From contig OY762634.1 in assembly GCA_963666185.1 (NCBI GenBank), positions 3,395,284 to 3,459,283 on the forward strand: a DNA stretch of 64,000 nt, written 5' to 3'. Shown piece by piece: positions 26,313 to 34,562 of this stretch; positions within the stretch are counted from its first letter, which is position 1, and each line of letters starts with the position of its first letter. Below the pieces are notes generated by a model. The model made no database searches. It was not told where the DNA came from and saw nothing but the letters and a program-made list of their open reading frames with translations. The stretch is from Dehalococcoidia bacterium (GTDB taxonomy: Bacteria > Chloroflexota > Dehalococcoidia > Lucifugimonadales > UBA1123). The position numbers were made by a program, and so were the translations under genes.

Positions 26313-27391
26313 TTGGTCGCTCCACGCTTGGGGCGGGAGCGTCCGCCGTCTTCGGGCAAAGGGGGCTGTGGGCCATCATCCCAGAGTATCCCCGGTCTGT
26401 GGATGTTGTACGACGGCTTTTCCTTCTGACCGGATCGAGTTGGCCTGCCGCCGTTCGACCTCACGAATCTTCCCTGCGCTCCAAGCAGGTACCGCTCCTC
26501 GATTTCTCCACATATCCATTGCCGTCCGAGTTTCTCCGCGACTTCCCCCGTGGCGCAACTACCCGCGAACGGATCAAGCACCAGATCGCCCGGGTCTGTC
26601 AGAAATCGTATGAAGTACTCGGGGATAACCGTCGGAAACCGCGCTGGGTGGACCGGCAAGCCGTTATCCTCACAGTACTTGAGATAATGGGAATTGCTTT
26701 CTGTATTGGCCGCGGCTATAAGGTTAGGCGAGATCGCGGCGCCGTTGTCTGTTGAGAAACCTTCGCTGATGTCGTGTCCGCTAGGGCGCTTCTTCGCACG
26801 ATAACCGTTTCTCAGCAAGTTACGCATACTCTCGCTGTACGGCGTAAGCACTCTGCGATTGTTCGCTTTGGGCCACGGACTCCGCGAGAGCCAGAAGATA
26901 TTGTTGACGGCATCCTTGACTCTTATTCGTCTGATGTTGACCCACTCAGCCGGTGTAGGCAGTTTCGACGGATTCCACCAGAAGAACTCTTGCGCCAAGT
27001 GAAAGTCGAACTCCTTGCATAACGCCAGAAGCAATTCATACTGGTAGAGGCTCTTGGTGGGGATACCGGGTTTCCACGCTCCACCGATGTCTATGACCAA
27101 TGAACCATTCATCTTCAGAATTCGAGCGAATTGGTGGGCGAACGGGCGGAACCACTCAAGATATTCGTCGGCGTCGGCGTTGCCGTATTCCTTTTTGCGA
27201 ACCAGACCGAAAGGCGGGCTGGTTACTATGAGGTCCACGCTCTCAGGCTCTATCAAGCCGTCCATCAGATTAACGGAGTCGGCCCAGTAGGCTGTACCCT
27301 GCATTGTCCTGATACGCATTTGGGGCGATGGCGGTCCACCACGTTTTAAGCCGGATTCTGACTTTGGCTGTCGGAGTTGGTTGGTGGTCAT
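26309..27391 (-). CDS. beta-class DNA methyltransferase, probably N4-cytosine (M.PvuII-like)
   Basis: The catalytic motif IVTSPPF lies N-terminal to the AdoMet motif LDPFAGSCATG. Long stretches (RKKEYGN, WWNPSKLPTPAEWVN, IRVKDAVN, RPSGHDIS, HPARFP) recall M.PvuII. I use ATG 27391 because the track start GTG 27439 lies inside the predicted promoter. Confidence 0.85.
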   Translation of the reverse strand: MTTNQLRQPKSESGLKRGGPPSPQMRIRTMQGTAYWADSVNLMDGLIEPESVDLIVTSPPFGLVRKKEYGNADADEYLEWFRPFAHQFARILKMNGSLVIDIGGAWKPGIPTKSLYQYELLLALCKEFDFHLAQEFFWWNPSKLPTPAEWVNIRRIRVKDAVNNIFWLSRSPWPKANNRRVLTPYSESMRNLLRNGYRAKKRPSGHDISEGFSTDNGAAISPNLIAAANTESNSHYLKYCEDNGLPVHPARFPTVIPEYFIRFLTDPGDLVLDPFAGSCATGEVAEKLGRQWICGEIEERYLLGAQGRFVRSNGGRPTRSGQKEKPSYNIHRPGILWDDGPQPPLPEDGGRSRPKRGATK

Positions 27392-27421
27392 ATCAGACAA
27401 CACTCCCAGAGGATATGAACT

Positions 27422-27450
27422 ATTATGACGGATGTTCACATTGATGTCAT
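27422..27450 (-). promoter_or_regulatory. sigma-70-like promoter of the methyltransferase-nuclease operon
   Basis: The minus strand reads ATGACA (27450-27445), a 17-nt spacer, then CATAAT (27427-27422). Confidence 0.4.
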
Positions 27451-27701
27451 CCCCTCTAGCGTCAAATCTTGTGGTTGTCTGTCAACGCCGCGCCTGGAAG
27501 ATCATACTTGTGGGATAGCGGCTAATGCTAGATAATGCTTGGAACCGGAATTGGATATGTTGGCGGCGGGCTGAATGGCCGGAAGGCGTACGGGCTGTCG
27601 TAGAGAGAAGTTGGCGGCGGGGATGGGGTATCCGGTTCAGGCGCTGCTGATGGATGATTGGGGTGACTTCGCGGGGGGCGCGGGGGGCGAGGCTGACTAG
27701 G

Positions 27702-27851
27702 CAGGGTCTTTCGGTTATTTCCCGATACCACTTCTGTCGTTCGCCCTGAGCCTGTCGAAGGGCCGCCCGTTCATGGTTCGACAAGCTCACCACGAACGGA
27801 CTACTCTCAGGGTCACCACAAACGTAATTGGTTGATAATCGAAAGACCCTG
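27702..27851. mobile_element. 150-bp MITE with perfect 12-bp terminal inverted repeats and a 10-bp target-site duplication
   Basis: The left inverted repeat is cagggtctttcg (27702-27713) and the right is cgaaagaccctg (27840-27851). Identical direct repeats gctgactagg sit at 27692-27701 and 27852-27861. The element has no coding capacity and holds an internal imperfect palindrome at 27738-27800. Confidence 0.8.
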
Positions 27852-27962
27852 GCTGACTAGGCGCTGGTGTGGATAAATGGCGCGGAATCTGGTATTAGTT
27901 ATCTGTCCGTTCGCGGGGAGGTTTGCGAAGATTCATCACTCCGATATTGAGGGAGAACGTCT

Positions 27963-28535
27963 ATGACTAGCAGAAGGGTTATCAATCTGAAGCAGGTAAC
28001 GCGGGAGGATGTCTCGCGCATACGGGGGTGGCTGGATGATGACGAGGTGGCGGATAGCTGGTTCGGCAGGTATTCATACGGGGAGCCGGCGCATCTGGGA
28101 TACCGGCCCCAAGAAATGGAGACGGCGAGCGACGAGGAGTTCGCCAGGACGCTGGAGGACCCGGATCACCTGACTCTTTCGATATACACGGAGGAGAGCG
28201 AACACATCGGCGAGATTCACCTGACGCTGGAAGAGGCGCTGGGCGACGGCCAACTCTCTATCCTCATAGGTCGCAAGGACCTGTGGCACAGGGGATACGG
28301 CAGGTCGAGCGTCCACGCAGCGCTGGATACCGCCTTCAACGAGTACGGCCTCTACCGGGTCTGGGTTGACGTGCCGGAGTACAACATGGCGGCGCGCGCG
28401 CTGTTCGAGGGGCTGGGGTTCGTGCATGAAGGCACTCTGCGAAAGAGCAGGCCGCACGAGGGGTCGCGGTTCGATTCGGCGGTGATGGGGATACTGGCGG
28501 TGGAATACCAGCAGCAGACCGGAGCGTCTGAGTAG
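27963..28535 (+). CDS. GNAT family N-acetyltransferase (RimJ/RimL-like)
   Basis: The acetyl-CoA-binding region reads WHRGYGRSSVHAALDTAF...LFEGLGFVHEG. Confidence 0.8.
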   Translation: MTSRRVINLKQVTREDVSRIRGWLDDDEVADSWFGRYSYGEPAHLGYRPQEMETASDEEFARTLEDPDHLTLSIYTEESEHIGEIHLTLEEALGDGQLSILIGRKDLWHRGYGRSSVHAALDTAFNEYGLYRVWVDVPEYNMAARALFEGLGFVHEGTLRKSRPHEGSRFDSAVMGILAVEYQQQTGASE

Positions 28536-28554
28536 GCCGGAGGCTGACCGGGAT

Positions 28555-29880
28555 ATGCTGTACGAGTCGGAATCGGGCAACCTTACGCTGGCGGCGAGCG
28601 GCGACACGATGATAACGAGGCGGCTTTCGGTCTTCCGAGAGCCGCGCTTCCTGTCGCTCATCGAAGTCTTCCGCAACGCGGACGTGGGCTACACGAACCT
28701 GGAAATGGTGATGCACGACTATGAACACTCGCCCGGGCTGGCTGGCGGCACGTTCACAGCGTCGGAGCCGGCGAACATCAAAGAGTTGCAATGGGCGGGC
28801 GTCAACCTGGTCTCCACCGCGAACAACCACAGCTACGACTACGGCGGGGACGGCGCTCTCACGAACGTAGCGCATCTGAAGGACGCGAGACTGGCGTTCG
28901 CCGGAACGGGAAGGAATCTGAGCGAGGCGAGGGCGCCCGGCTATCTGGACACCCCCGCCGGAAGGGTGGCGCTGATTTCGGTTTCCTCGACGTTCCACGA
29001 AGCGGGCCGCGCGATGGATCAGCGTCCGGACATACACGGCAGGCCCGGTCTGAACGCTCTGCGACATTCGACGACGTACACGGTTGACAAGCGGGCTTTC
29101 GACGCGATGAGACGGGTGAGCCGGGAGCTTGGATTCGAGGCGAGGAACGCGGCGCAGCGGCGGTTCAGGCCGAAAGGCGCGGTCATGGAGGACAATGACA
29201 GCCAGATCAACTTCCTGGGGAGGAAATTTCTGAGAGGCGAGGAATTCGGCGAGTCCAGCAGTCCGAACCGTCGGGACATGGAGGATAACCTGAAGTGGAT
29301 TCGGGACGCTCGGCGCATGGCGGACTGGGTTTTCGTGGCGTTTCACTGCCATGAGAACGGGCAGAGCATGGACGATCCGCCGGAGTTCCTGCAAACTTTC
29401 GCGCGCGCGTGCATAAAGGCGGGGGCGGACGGATTCCTGGGGCATGGGCCTCACGTCACCAGGGGCATAGAGATATACCAGGGAAGGCCGATCTTCTACA
29501 GCTTGGGCAACTTCATATTCCAGAACGACACTGTGCGCTGGCAGCCGGCGTACAATTACGAGAGCGTCGGGCTGGGGCCGGAGGCCACGCCGGCGGACTT
29601 CTACGACAAGCGGAGCGAGAAGGACACTCGCGGCTTCCCGGGCGACGCGGTGTACTGGCAGAGCGTCGTGGCGGAGTGCAGGTTCGAGTCGCGCAAGCTG
29701 GATCAAATAACGCTGCATCCGATTGACATGGGCCACGACAGGCCGCGCTCGCAGCGGGGGCGTCCGGTGCTGGCTGAGGGGCGCGTGATGAGGGTCGCGC
29801 TGGACAGGATACGGCGGTTGTCGAAGCGGTTCGGCGTCGAGGTGAAGATCAAAGACGGCGTTGGGGTAGTCAGGCCGTAG
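28555..29880 (+). CDS. CapA/PGA_cap family metallophosphoesterase-like protein
   Basis: GDTMITRR, ADVGYTNLE and STANNHSYDYG. Confidence 0.8.
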   Translation: MLYESESGNLTLAASGDTMITRRLSVFREPRFLSLIEVFRNADVGYTNLEMVMHDYEHSPGLAGGTFTASEPANIKELQWAGVNLVSTANNHSYDYGGDGALTNVAHLKDARLAFAGTGRNLSEARAPGYLDTPAGRVALISVSSTFHEAGRAMDQRPDIHGRPGLNALRHSTTYTVDKRAFDAMRRVSRELGFEARNAAQRRFRPKGAVMEDNDSQINFLGRKFLRGEEFGESSSPNRRDMEDNLKWIRDARRMADWVFVAFHCHENGQSMDDPPEFLQTFARACIKAGADGFLGHGPHVTRGIEIYQGRPIFYSLGNFIFQNDTVRWQPAYNYESVGLGPEATPADFYDKRSEKDTRGFPGDAVYWQSVVAECRFESRKLDQITLHPIDMGHDRPRSQRGRPVLAEGRVMRVALDRIRRLSKRFGVEVKIKDGVGVVRP

Positions 29881-29881
29881 A

Positions 29882-31243
29882 ATGTCGGACGCCGCTCCCC
29901 TGCCCGACCCGGAGGCGATGGTCGTTTACCTGCTTCTGCTGGACCGCGACGGTCGGCGGACGCTGGTACGTGAGGGTTCCGGGCTGGCTCCTTCGCTCAG
30001 GACGGCGCCCGTCTTCTACCCGGAGGTGGAGGAACTCGTTGGGCGGGCGCGTGAAGAGTTCGGGCTGGAGGTGGCGATTCTGCGCTGCCTGGAAGAAGGA
30101 GACGCGAATGAGGGCAGGCCACGTCTGTATTCGGCGGTCCGCGTCTCGGAGGATGACAGGCCGCGCGCGGGCTTCGGCTGGGCGGCGCTGGATGAACTGA
30201 AGTTCGGAGAGGACGCGACGGAGAGGCTGATTCGGATGGCGCGGATGGAGGTGGAGCGACTGTCGTCCTCTACCCCACCCGAATCGCCGGTTCCGTGGGA
30301 CTCGCCTACGCCGTGGCATCGGAGGGCGCGGGAGTGGGTAGAGGCGAATGTTCCGCCGACGGCTGACGGCTCGGCCTGGCGAATGGCGCAGATAAGGTCG
30401 TGGTCAATCTCTTCGGTGTGGAGGCTGACAAGCGGCGGCGAACGGCTCTACTTCAAGGCTTCGCCGCGTTACTTCGCGTCGGAGGTGGCGGTTACGCGGG
30501 ACGTGGCGAGTCGGTTTCCTGAAGTGAGTCCCGGTCTGGTGGCGGTGGAACCGGATGAGGGCTGGATGATCATGGAAGACCTGGGGGACGTGACGCTGAG
30601 CAAGACGGACAGCGCGGAACTGTGGCGCGAGACGATGCGGACGATTGCGCGGGTTCAGCAGGGGTACGCGGGCCGGCCGGCCGCGCTGGAAGCCATGAAT
30701 CTGGAGAGGCGGACGCTGAGAGATATTGTTGAGAGTCTCGCGTACTGGTTGGAGGATCCGTCCTGCTCGGGACTGCGAATGTTTCAGTCTGAGAACGACG
30801 CCGCGCTCGCGCGTCTGAGGCCGAGCCTGGATGAGGTGTCGGCGATGGCGCGTCAGTTGGACGGGCTAGGGCTGCCGCCGACGCTGGAGCATGGCGATCT
30901 GGACGCGACGAACGTGTTCATCCGGGACGGCGCGCCGGTTCTGATGGACTGGTCGGACGCCTGCGTATCGCATCCGTTCTTCACACCGCTGACGCCGGCG
31001 CAGGCGCGTCGCTATCCGCAGTTCGTGGAAGCCTACCTGCGGGAGTGGGCGGGCCATGGTTCGCCGGATGGCCTGCGACGGGGGTTCGCGGTCGCCAAGC
31101 CGCTGGCGGCGCTGGAGTCGGCGTTCCACTACCATCGGAACATCGTTCCATACCTGCCCTACCCGTATCCTGATTTCAGGACGCTGGAGAGGTATATCCC
31201 CGCGCTGCTGGATATGGCGGCGGAGGCGCTGGGGTATATGTAA
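29882..31243 (+). CDS. aminoglycoside-phosphotransferase-family kinase with N-terminal extension
   Basis: The Brenner-type motif LEHGDLDATNVFI and MDWSDA are present. The ATG lies 1 nt after the upstream stop. Confidence 0.75.
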   Translation: MSDAAPLPDPEAMVVYLLLLDRDGRRTLVREGSGLAPSLRTAPVFYPEVEELVGRAREEFGLEVAILRCLEEGDANEGRPRLYSAVRVSEDDRPRAGFGWAALDELKFGEDATERLIRMARMEVERLSSSTPPESPVPWDSPTPWHRRAREWVEANVPPTADGSAWRMAQIRSWSISSVWRLTSGGERLYFKASPRYFASEVAVTRDVASRFPEVSPGLVAVEPDEGWMIMEDLGDVTLSKTDSAELWRETMRTIARVQQGYAGRPAALEAMNLERRTLRDIVESLAYWLEDPSCSGLRMFQSENDAALARLRPSLDEVSAMARQLDGLGLPPTLEHGDLDATNVFIRDGAPVLMDWSDACVSHPFFTPLTPAQARRYPQFVEAYLREWAGHGSPDGLRRGFAVAKPLAALESAFHYHRNIVPYLPYPYPDFRTLERYIPALLDMAAEALGYM

Positions 31244-31273
31244 GGGGGCGGAGTGAAAAGGGATTGAAGCTAA

Positions 31274-31314
31274 TCACCCCCATCCTAACCTTCCCCCATC
31301 AAGGGGGAAGGGAC
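31274..31314 (+). repeat. type-A hairpin repeat, intact (uninterrupted) copy
   Basis: It reads cacccccatcctaa-ccttccccc-atcaa-gggggaagg (stem 31289-31297 and 31303-31311). The left flank is the same as at 594-610. Confidence 0.75.
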
Positions 31315-31399
31315 TTATGCAAGCGAGTTGCCCTATAAGGGGTTGCGCGGCTGCGGTATAATGGGGGGAGACGCATAACCCCTTTTCAGACGGCGGGAC

Positions 31400-32797
31400 A
31401 TGACTACGAATCACTACACAACAGACCTGACTTATGAGCGGGCGGTCGAAATGGCGATGAGCCTGGCGGACTTCGAGCGCGCGACGAACTGGCCGGGCCA
31501 CTCGTTCTTCCACCTGGAGCGCGTTCGGATGCTCGCGGAGCGTCTGGGCGACGTGGACAAGGCGACGCCGGTCGTCCACGTGGCCGGCACCAAGGGCAAG
31601 GGCAGCGTCTGCGCGCTGATTACCTCGATTCTGACGCAGGCCGGGTACAAGGTGGGGCTGTTTACCTCGCCGCACCTGCACAGCGTTTGCGAGCGGGTGC
31701 GCGTCGGGCTTGAGCCGATTTCGACCTCCGACTACGCCGCGCTCATCGGGCAGATATGGCCGGCCGTGGAGGCGGTGGAGCGAGAGGGCGAGTACGGCGG
31801 CGTGACGTTCTTCGAGATGCTGACCGGGCTGGCGATGGCGCACTTCAGGAACGTGGGCGCGGATTTCCAGGTTCTGGAAGTGGGCATGGGCGGTCGGCTG
31901 GATTCGACGAACATAGTGACGCCGGAGGTCTCGGTAATCACCTCCATCAGCCTCGACCACGTGAACGTGCTGGGGGACACCATCGAGAAGATAGCTTCGG
32001 CGAAGGCGGGAATCATCAAGGACGGCGCGCCGTGCGTCGTCGGGCCGCAGGCGGAGAGCGACGCCATGCGCGTGTTCGAGCGGACGACCCGGGAGCATGG
32101 GGCGGAGCTGATTTCGGTCTCGGACAGGTTCAGTTGGGAGATCGGAGATTCCGACGTCCACGGCCAGCAGATCAGGCTGAGTGGCGGCGGACGGAGCTAC
32201 GACCTCTGGACTCCCCTGCTGGGCGACTACCAGGCGGAGAACGTCGCCACGGCGGTCGCCGCAGCCGAAGCGCTTATCCAAAAGGGGTACGACATACCTA
32301 CCGGGGCAATCGAGGCCGGCGCGCGCGAGGTGTCCTGGCCGGGGCGATTCGAGGTATTCAGCGTCGGCGGCAAGACGGTCGTGGCGGACGGCGCTCACAA
32401 CCCCTACTCTATCAAGCGGCTCGTGGAGAACCTGCGCGACTACGTGGAGTTCGACGGGGTGGCGCTGGTGTACGGCGCGTTGGGCGGACACAGCGCGAGG
32501 GATATGCTCAAGGAGCTCGCGGTTCTGGACCCGAGAGTCGTCGCGGTGCATTCGAGGCATCCGCGCTCGTCACATTCGAGCGAAGTGGCGGACATCGTTC
32601 GCGGGCTAGGGCTGAACCTGGTTTCGCGGTTCGATTCGGTGGCTGAGGGATTTCGGTACGCCGTCGAACTCGCCGGGCCGGACGATCTGGTGCTGTGCGC
32701 GGGGTCTCTGGCGGTGGTGGCCGAGACGCTGGAAGAGATACACGGAATCGAACCTGAGATATACGAGAATCTGAAAGGGCCGCGCGCCCGCGACTAA
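31400..32797 (+). CDS. folC: bifunctional folylpolyglutamate synthase/dihydrofolate synthase
   Basis: HVAGTKGKGS P-loop, FTSPHL, and the Mur-ligase layout. Confidence 0.9.
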   Translation: MTTNHYTTDLTYERAVEMAMSLADFERATNWPGHSFFHLERVRMLAERLGDVDKATPVVHVAGTKGKGSVCALITSILTQAGYKVGLFTSPHLHSVCERVRVGLEPISTSDYAALIGQIWPAVEAVEREGEYGGVTFFEMLTGLAMAHFRNVGADFQVLEVGMGGRLDSTNIVTPEVSVITSISLDHVNVLGDTIEKIASAKAGIIKDGAPCVVGPQAESDAMRVFERTTREHGAELISVSDRFSWEIGDSDVHGQQIRLSGGGRSYDLWTPLLGDYQAENVATAVAAAEALIQKGYDIPTGAIEAGAREVSWPGRFEVFSVGGKTVVADGAHNPYSIKRLVENLRDYVEFDGVALVYGALGGHSARDMLKELAVLDPRVVAVHSRHPRSSHSSEVADIVRGLGLNLVSRFDSVAEGFRYAVELAGPDDLVLCAGSLAVVAETLEEIHGIEPEIYENLKGPRARD

Positions 32798-32829
32798 CAC
32801 AGTCGCGCGGTCGCGGCGGGAGCGATGAA

Positions 32830-34080
32830 ATGAAAGGCAGCGAAACCAGGGTCGTCATAACGGGAATGGGCGCGATTACGCCGCTCGGCGAGACGGTCGA
32901 AGAGTACTGGGACAACCTCGTGAACGGCGTGTCCGGGATTGGGCCGATGACCCTCTGCGATCCTTCGCAGTATCCATCCAGGATTTCAGCCGAGGTGAGC
33001 GGGTTCGACCCGGGGACGTACATTGACCGCAGGGAACACCGCCGAATGGCGCGCTTTTCGCAGATGTCCGTCGCGGCGGCGGGCCTCGCCATAGAGGATG
33101 CCGGACTCGACCTGTCCGCCGAAGACACGGACCGCATAGGCGTGGTGATGGGCAACGGCAACGGCGGCTTCCCGACGACCGAGGACAACGCGCGGGTGCT
33201 GGTCAGGCGCGGCGGGATGCGTATGTCGCCGTTCTTCATCCCGATGATTCTGCCGAACATGGCGGCGGCGAACGTCAGCCGCATCTACGGGCTGAAGGGT
33301 TACACCTCGACGGTCATTACGGCCTGCGCGGCTGGGACGCAGGGCATCGGGGAGGCGGCGGTCGCCATTCAGCGCGGCGTTGCGGACGTGGTTCTGGGCG
33401 GCGGGTGCGAGGCGGGCATCAGCCAGCTTGGACTGGGCGGGTTCAACGTCATCAGGGCGCTGAGCAGGCAGAACGAGGAGCCGGAGAAGGCGAGCAGGCC
33501 GTTCGACCTGAAGCGGGACGGGTTCGTGCCGGGCGAGGGCGCGGCTATTCTTGTCATGGAGAGCCTTGAGCGAGCGATTGACAGGGGCGCGAACATCCTG
33601 GCGGAGGTGGTCGGGTACGGGGTGTCTTCGGACGCCTTCCACGCGGTTCAGCCGGACGAGGACGGCTCCGGCGCGGCGCGCGCGATACGCTGGGCGCTGG
33701 AAGACGCGGAACTGAAGCCGTCGGAGATCAGCTACATCAACGCGCACGGCACATCAACGCCCAAGAACGACCACGTTGAGACGCTGGCAATCAAGAAGGC
33801 GTTCGGCGACCACGCCTACAAGGTTCCGATAAGTTCCACCAAGTCCATGATAGGCCACGTTCTGGGCGGCGCGGGCGCGATTGAGGCGGTGGCGTGTGTC
33901 AAGAGCATACAGGACGGGGTGATTCATCCGACCATCAACTACGAACACCCGGACCCGGACTGCGACCTGGACTACGTGCCGAACGAGGCGCGGCGGACGG
34001 AGGTGAGGACTGTTCTGTCGAACAGTTTCGGGTTCGGGGGGCAGAACGCTTGCGTGGTGTTCAGCAGGTTTGAGGACTGA
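32830..34080 (+). CDS. fabF: beta-ketoacyl-ACP synthase II
   Basis: Active-site context ITACAAGTQ, plus NAHGTSTP and GHVLGGAGA. Confidence 0.95.
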   Translation: MKGSETRVVITGMGAITPLGETVEEYWDNLVNGVSGIGPMTLCDPSQYPSRISAEVSGFDPGTYIDRREHRRMARFSQMSVAAAGLAIEDAGLDLSAEDTDRIGVVMGNGNGGFPTTEDNARVLVRRGGMRMSPFFIPMILPNMAAANVSRIYGLKGYTSTVITACAAGTQGIGEAAVAIQRGVADVVLGGGCEAGISQLGLGGFNVIRALSRQNEEPEKASRPFDLKRDGFVPGEGAAILVMESLERAIDRGANILAEVVGYGVSSDAFHAVQPDEDGSGAARAIRWALEDAELKPSEISYINAHGTSTPKNDHVETLAIKKAFGDHAYKVPISSTKSMIGHVLGGAGAIEAVACVKSIQDGVIHPTINYEHPDPDCDLDYVPNEARRTEVRTVLSNSFGFGGQNACVVFSRFED

Positions 34081-34116
34081 GGGGATCCATATATTTGGGT
34101 TTATAATGGTACAGGT

Positions 34117-34187
34117 GGCAACTGGTGGGGTAACTGGTGACCAACTGGAAGAAAAGGGACCAGAGATCCACCAGAGAACGCCAGAGT
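34117..34187. repeat. phased short repeats: 3x AACTGG followed by 3x CCAGAG at 10-12 bp spacing
   Basis: AACTGG occurs at 34120, 34132 and 34143. CCAGAG(A) occurs at 34160, 34171 and 34181. The array lies in a convergent intergenic region. Confidence 0.5.
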
Positions 34188-34262
34188 TTGTAGCTAGGGG
34201 TTTTTCTAACCCCCGCCGGGCGGGTCTCATACATAAACGCTGATTTATGTATGAATCCCGCG

Positions 34263-34508
34263 CTAGTGGGCCACGGGGATGGCCCCCACGATGTCTTCCA
34301 GCATCATCTGCATGGCCATGATGTGGGTGCAGGTGTCGCGGCCTATGAGGTAGTCGCAGTCGCAATGCCAGCTGCCGGCTTCATAAGTCAGGGTATGGTC
34401 GCCGTTGTCGCCCTGGAACTGCACGGTACAGTCGGTCAGGTTGACTCTCTCTTTCTGAAGCGCGTAGTCCTTGGCCTTCTCGACCTTCCTTATAAAGCTA
34501 GAATTCAT
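34263..34508 (-). CDS. stand-alone SWIM zinc-finger protein (81 aa)
   Basis: WHCDCDYLIGRDTCTH fits the CxCx(n)CxH pattern. A strong ribosome-binding site (AGGAGGGG) lies 9 nt upstream of the ATG. Confidence 0.7.
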   Translation of the reverse strand: MNSSFIRKVEKAKDYALQKERVNLTDCTVQFQGDNGDHTLTYEAGSWHCDCDYLIGRDTCTHIMAMQMMLEDIVGAIPVAH

Positions 34509-34562
34509 CTGGCTGCGCCCCTCCTGTGCCTGAGCGGTTTCCCGGGAAAGACTCCTTCCCCA

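Noticed and set aside
27392-27439. GTG 27439 as the methyltransferase start codon
   Set aside because: It lies between the predicted -35 and -10 boxes of the only plausible promoter. ATG 27391 has a GGGAG ribosome-binding site. This remains uncertain without transcript mapping.
28336-29736. 466-aa minus-strand ORF across the GNAT/CapA genes. Similar long antisense ORFs occur at 31274-32560, 55532-56608, 56797-57723, 17035-17949 and 20671-21510.
   Set aside because: All lie antisense to motif-bearing genes, span gene boundaries, and are extremely Arg/Pro/His-rich. I treat them as non-coding.
31338-31384. aaggggtt...aacccctt stem followed by TTTT, enclosing a TATAAT (31357-31362), upstream of folC as an attenuator or terminator
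   Set aside because: The loop is about 31 nt, too large for a canonical intrinsic terminator. No convincing -35 box pairs with the TATAAT. It may just be the 3' edge of the type-A repeat region.
28555-32797. CapA plus a Mur-ligase-fold gene as a poly-gamma-glutamate (PgsB/PgsC/PgsA-like) synthesis cluster
   Set aside because: The Mur-ligase-fold gene has canonical FolC features (HVAGTKGKGS, TSPHL, about 465 aa). A repeat element and its own upstream region separate it from capA, and there is no PgsC-like small membrane protein. The adjacency is probably coincidental.
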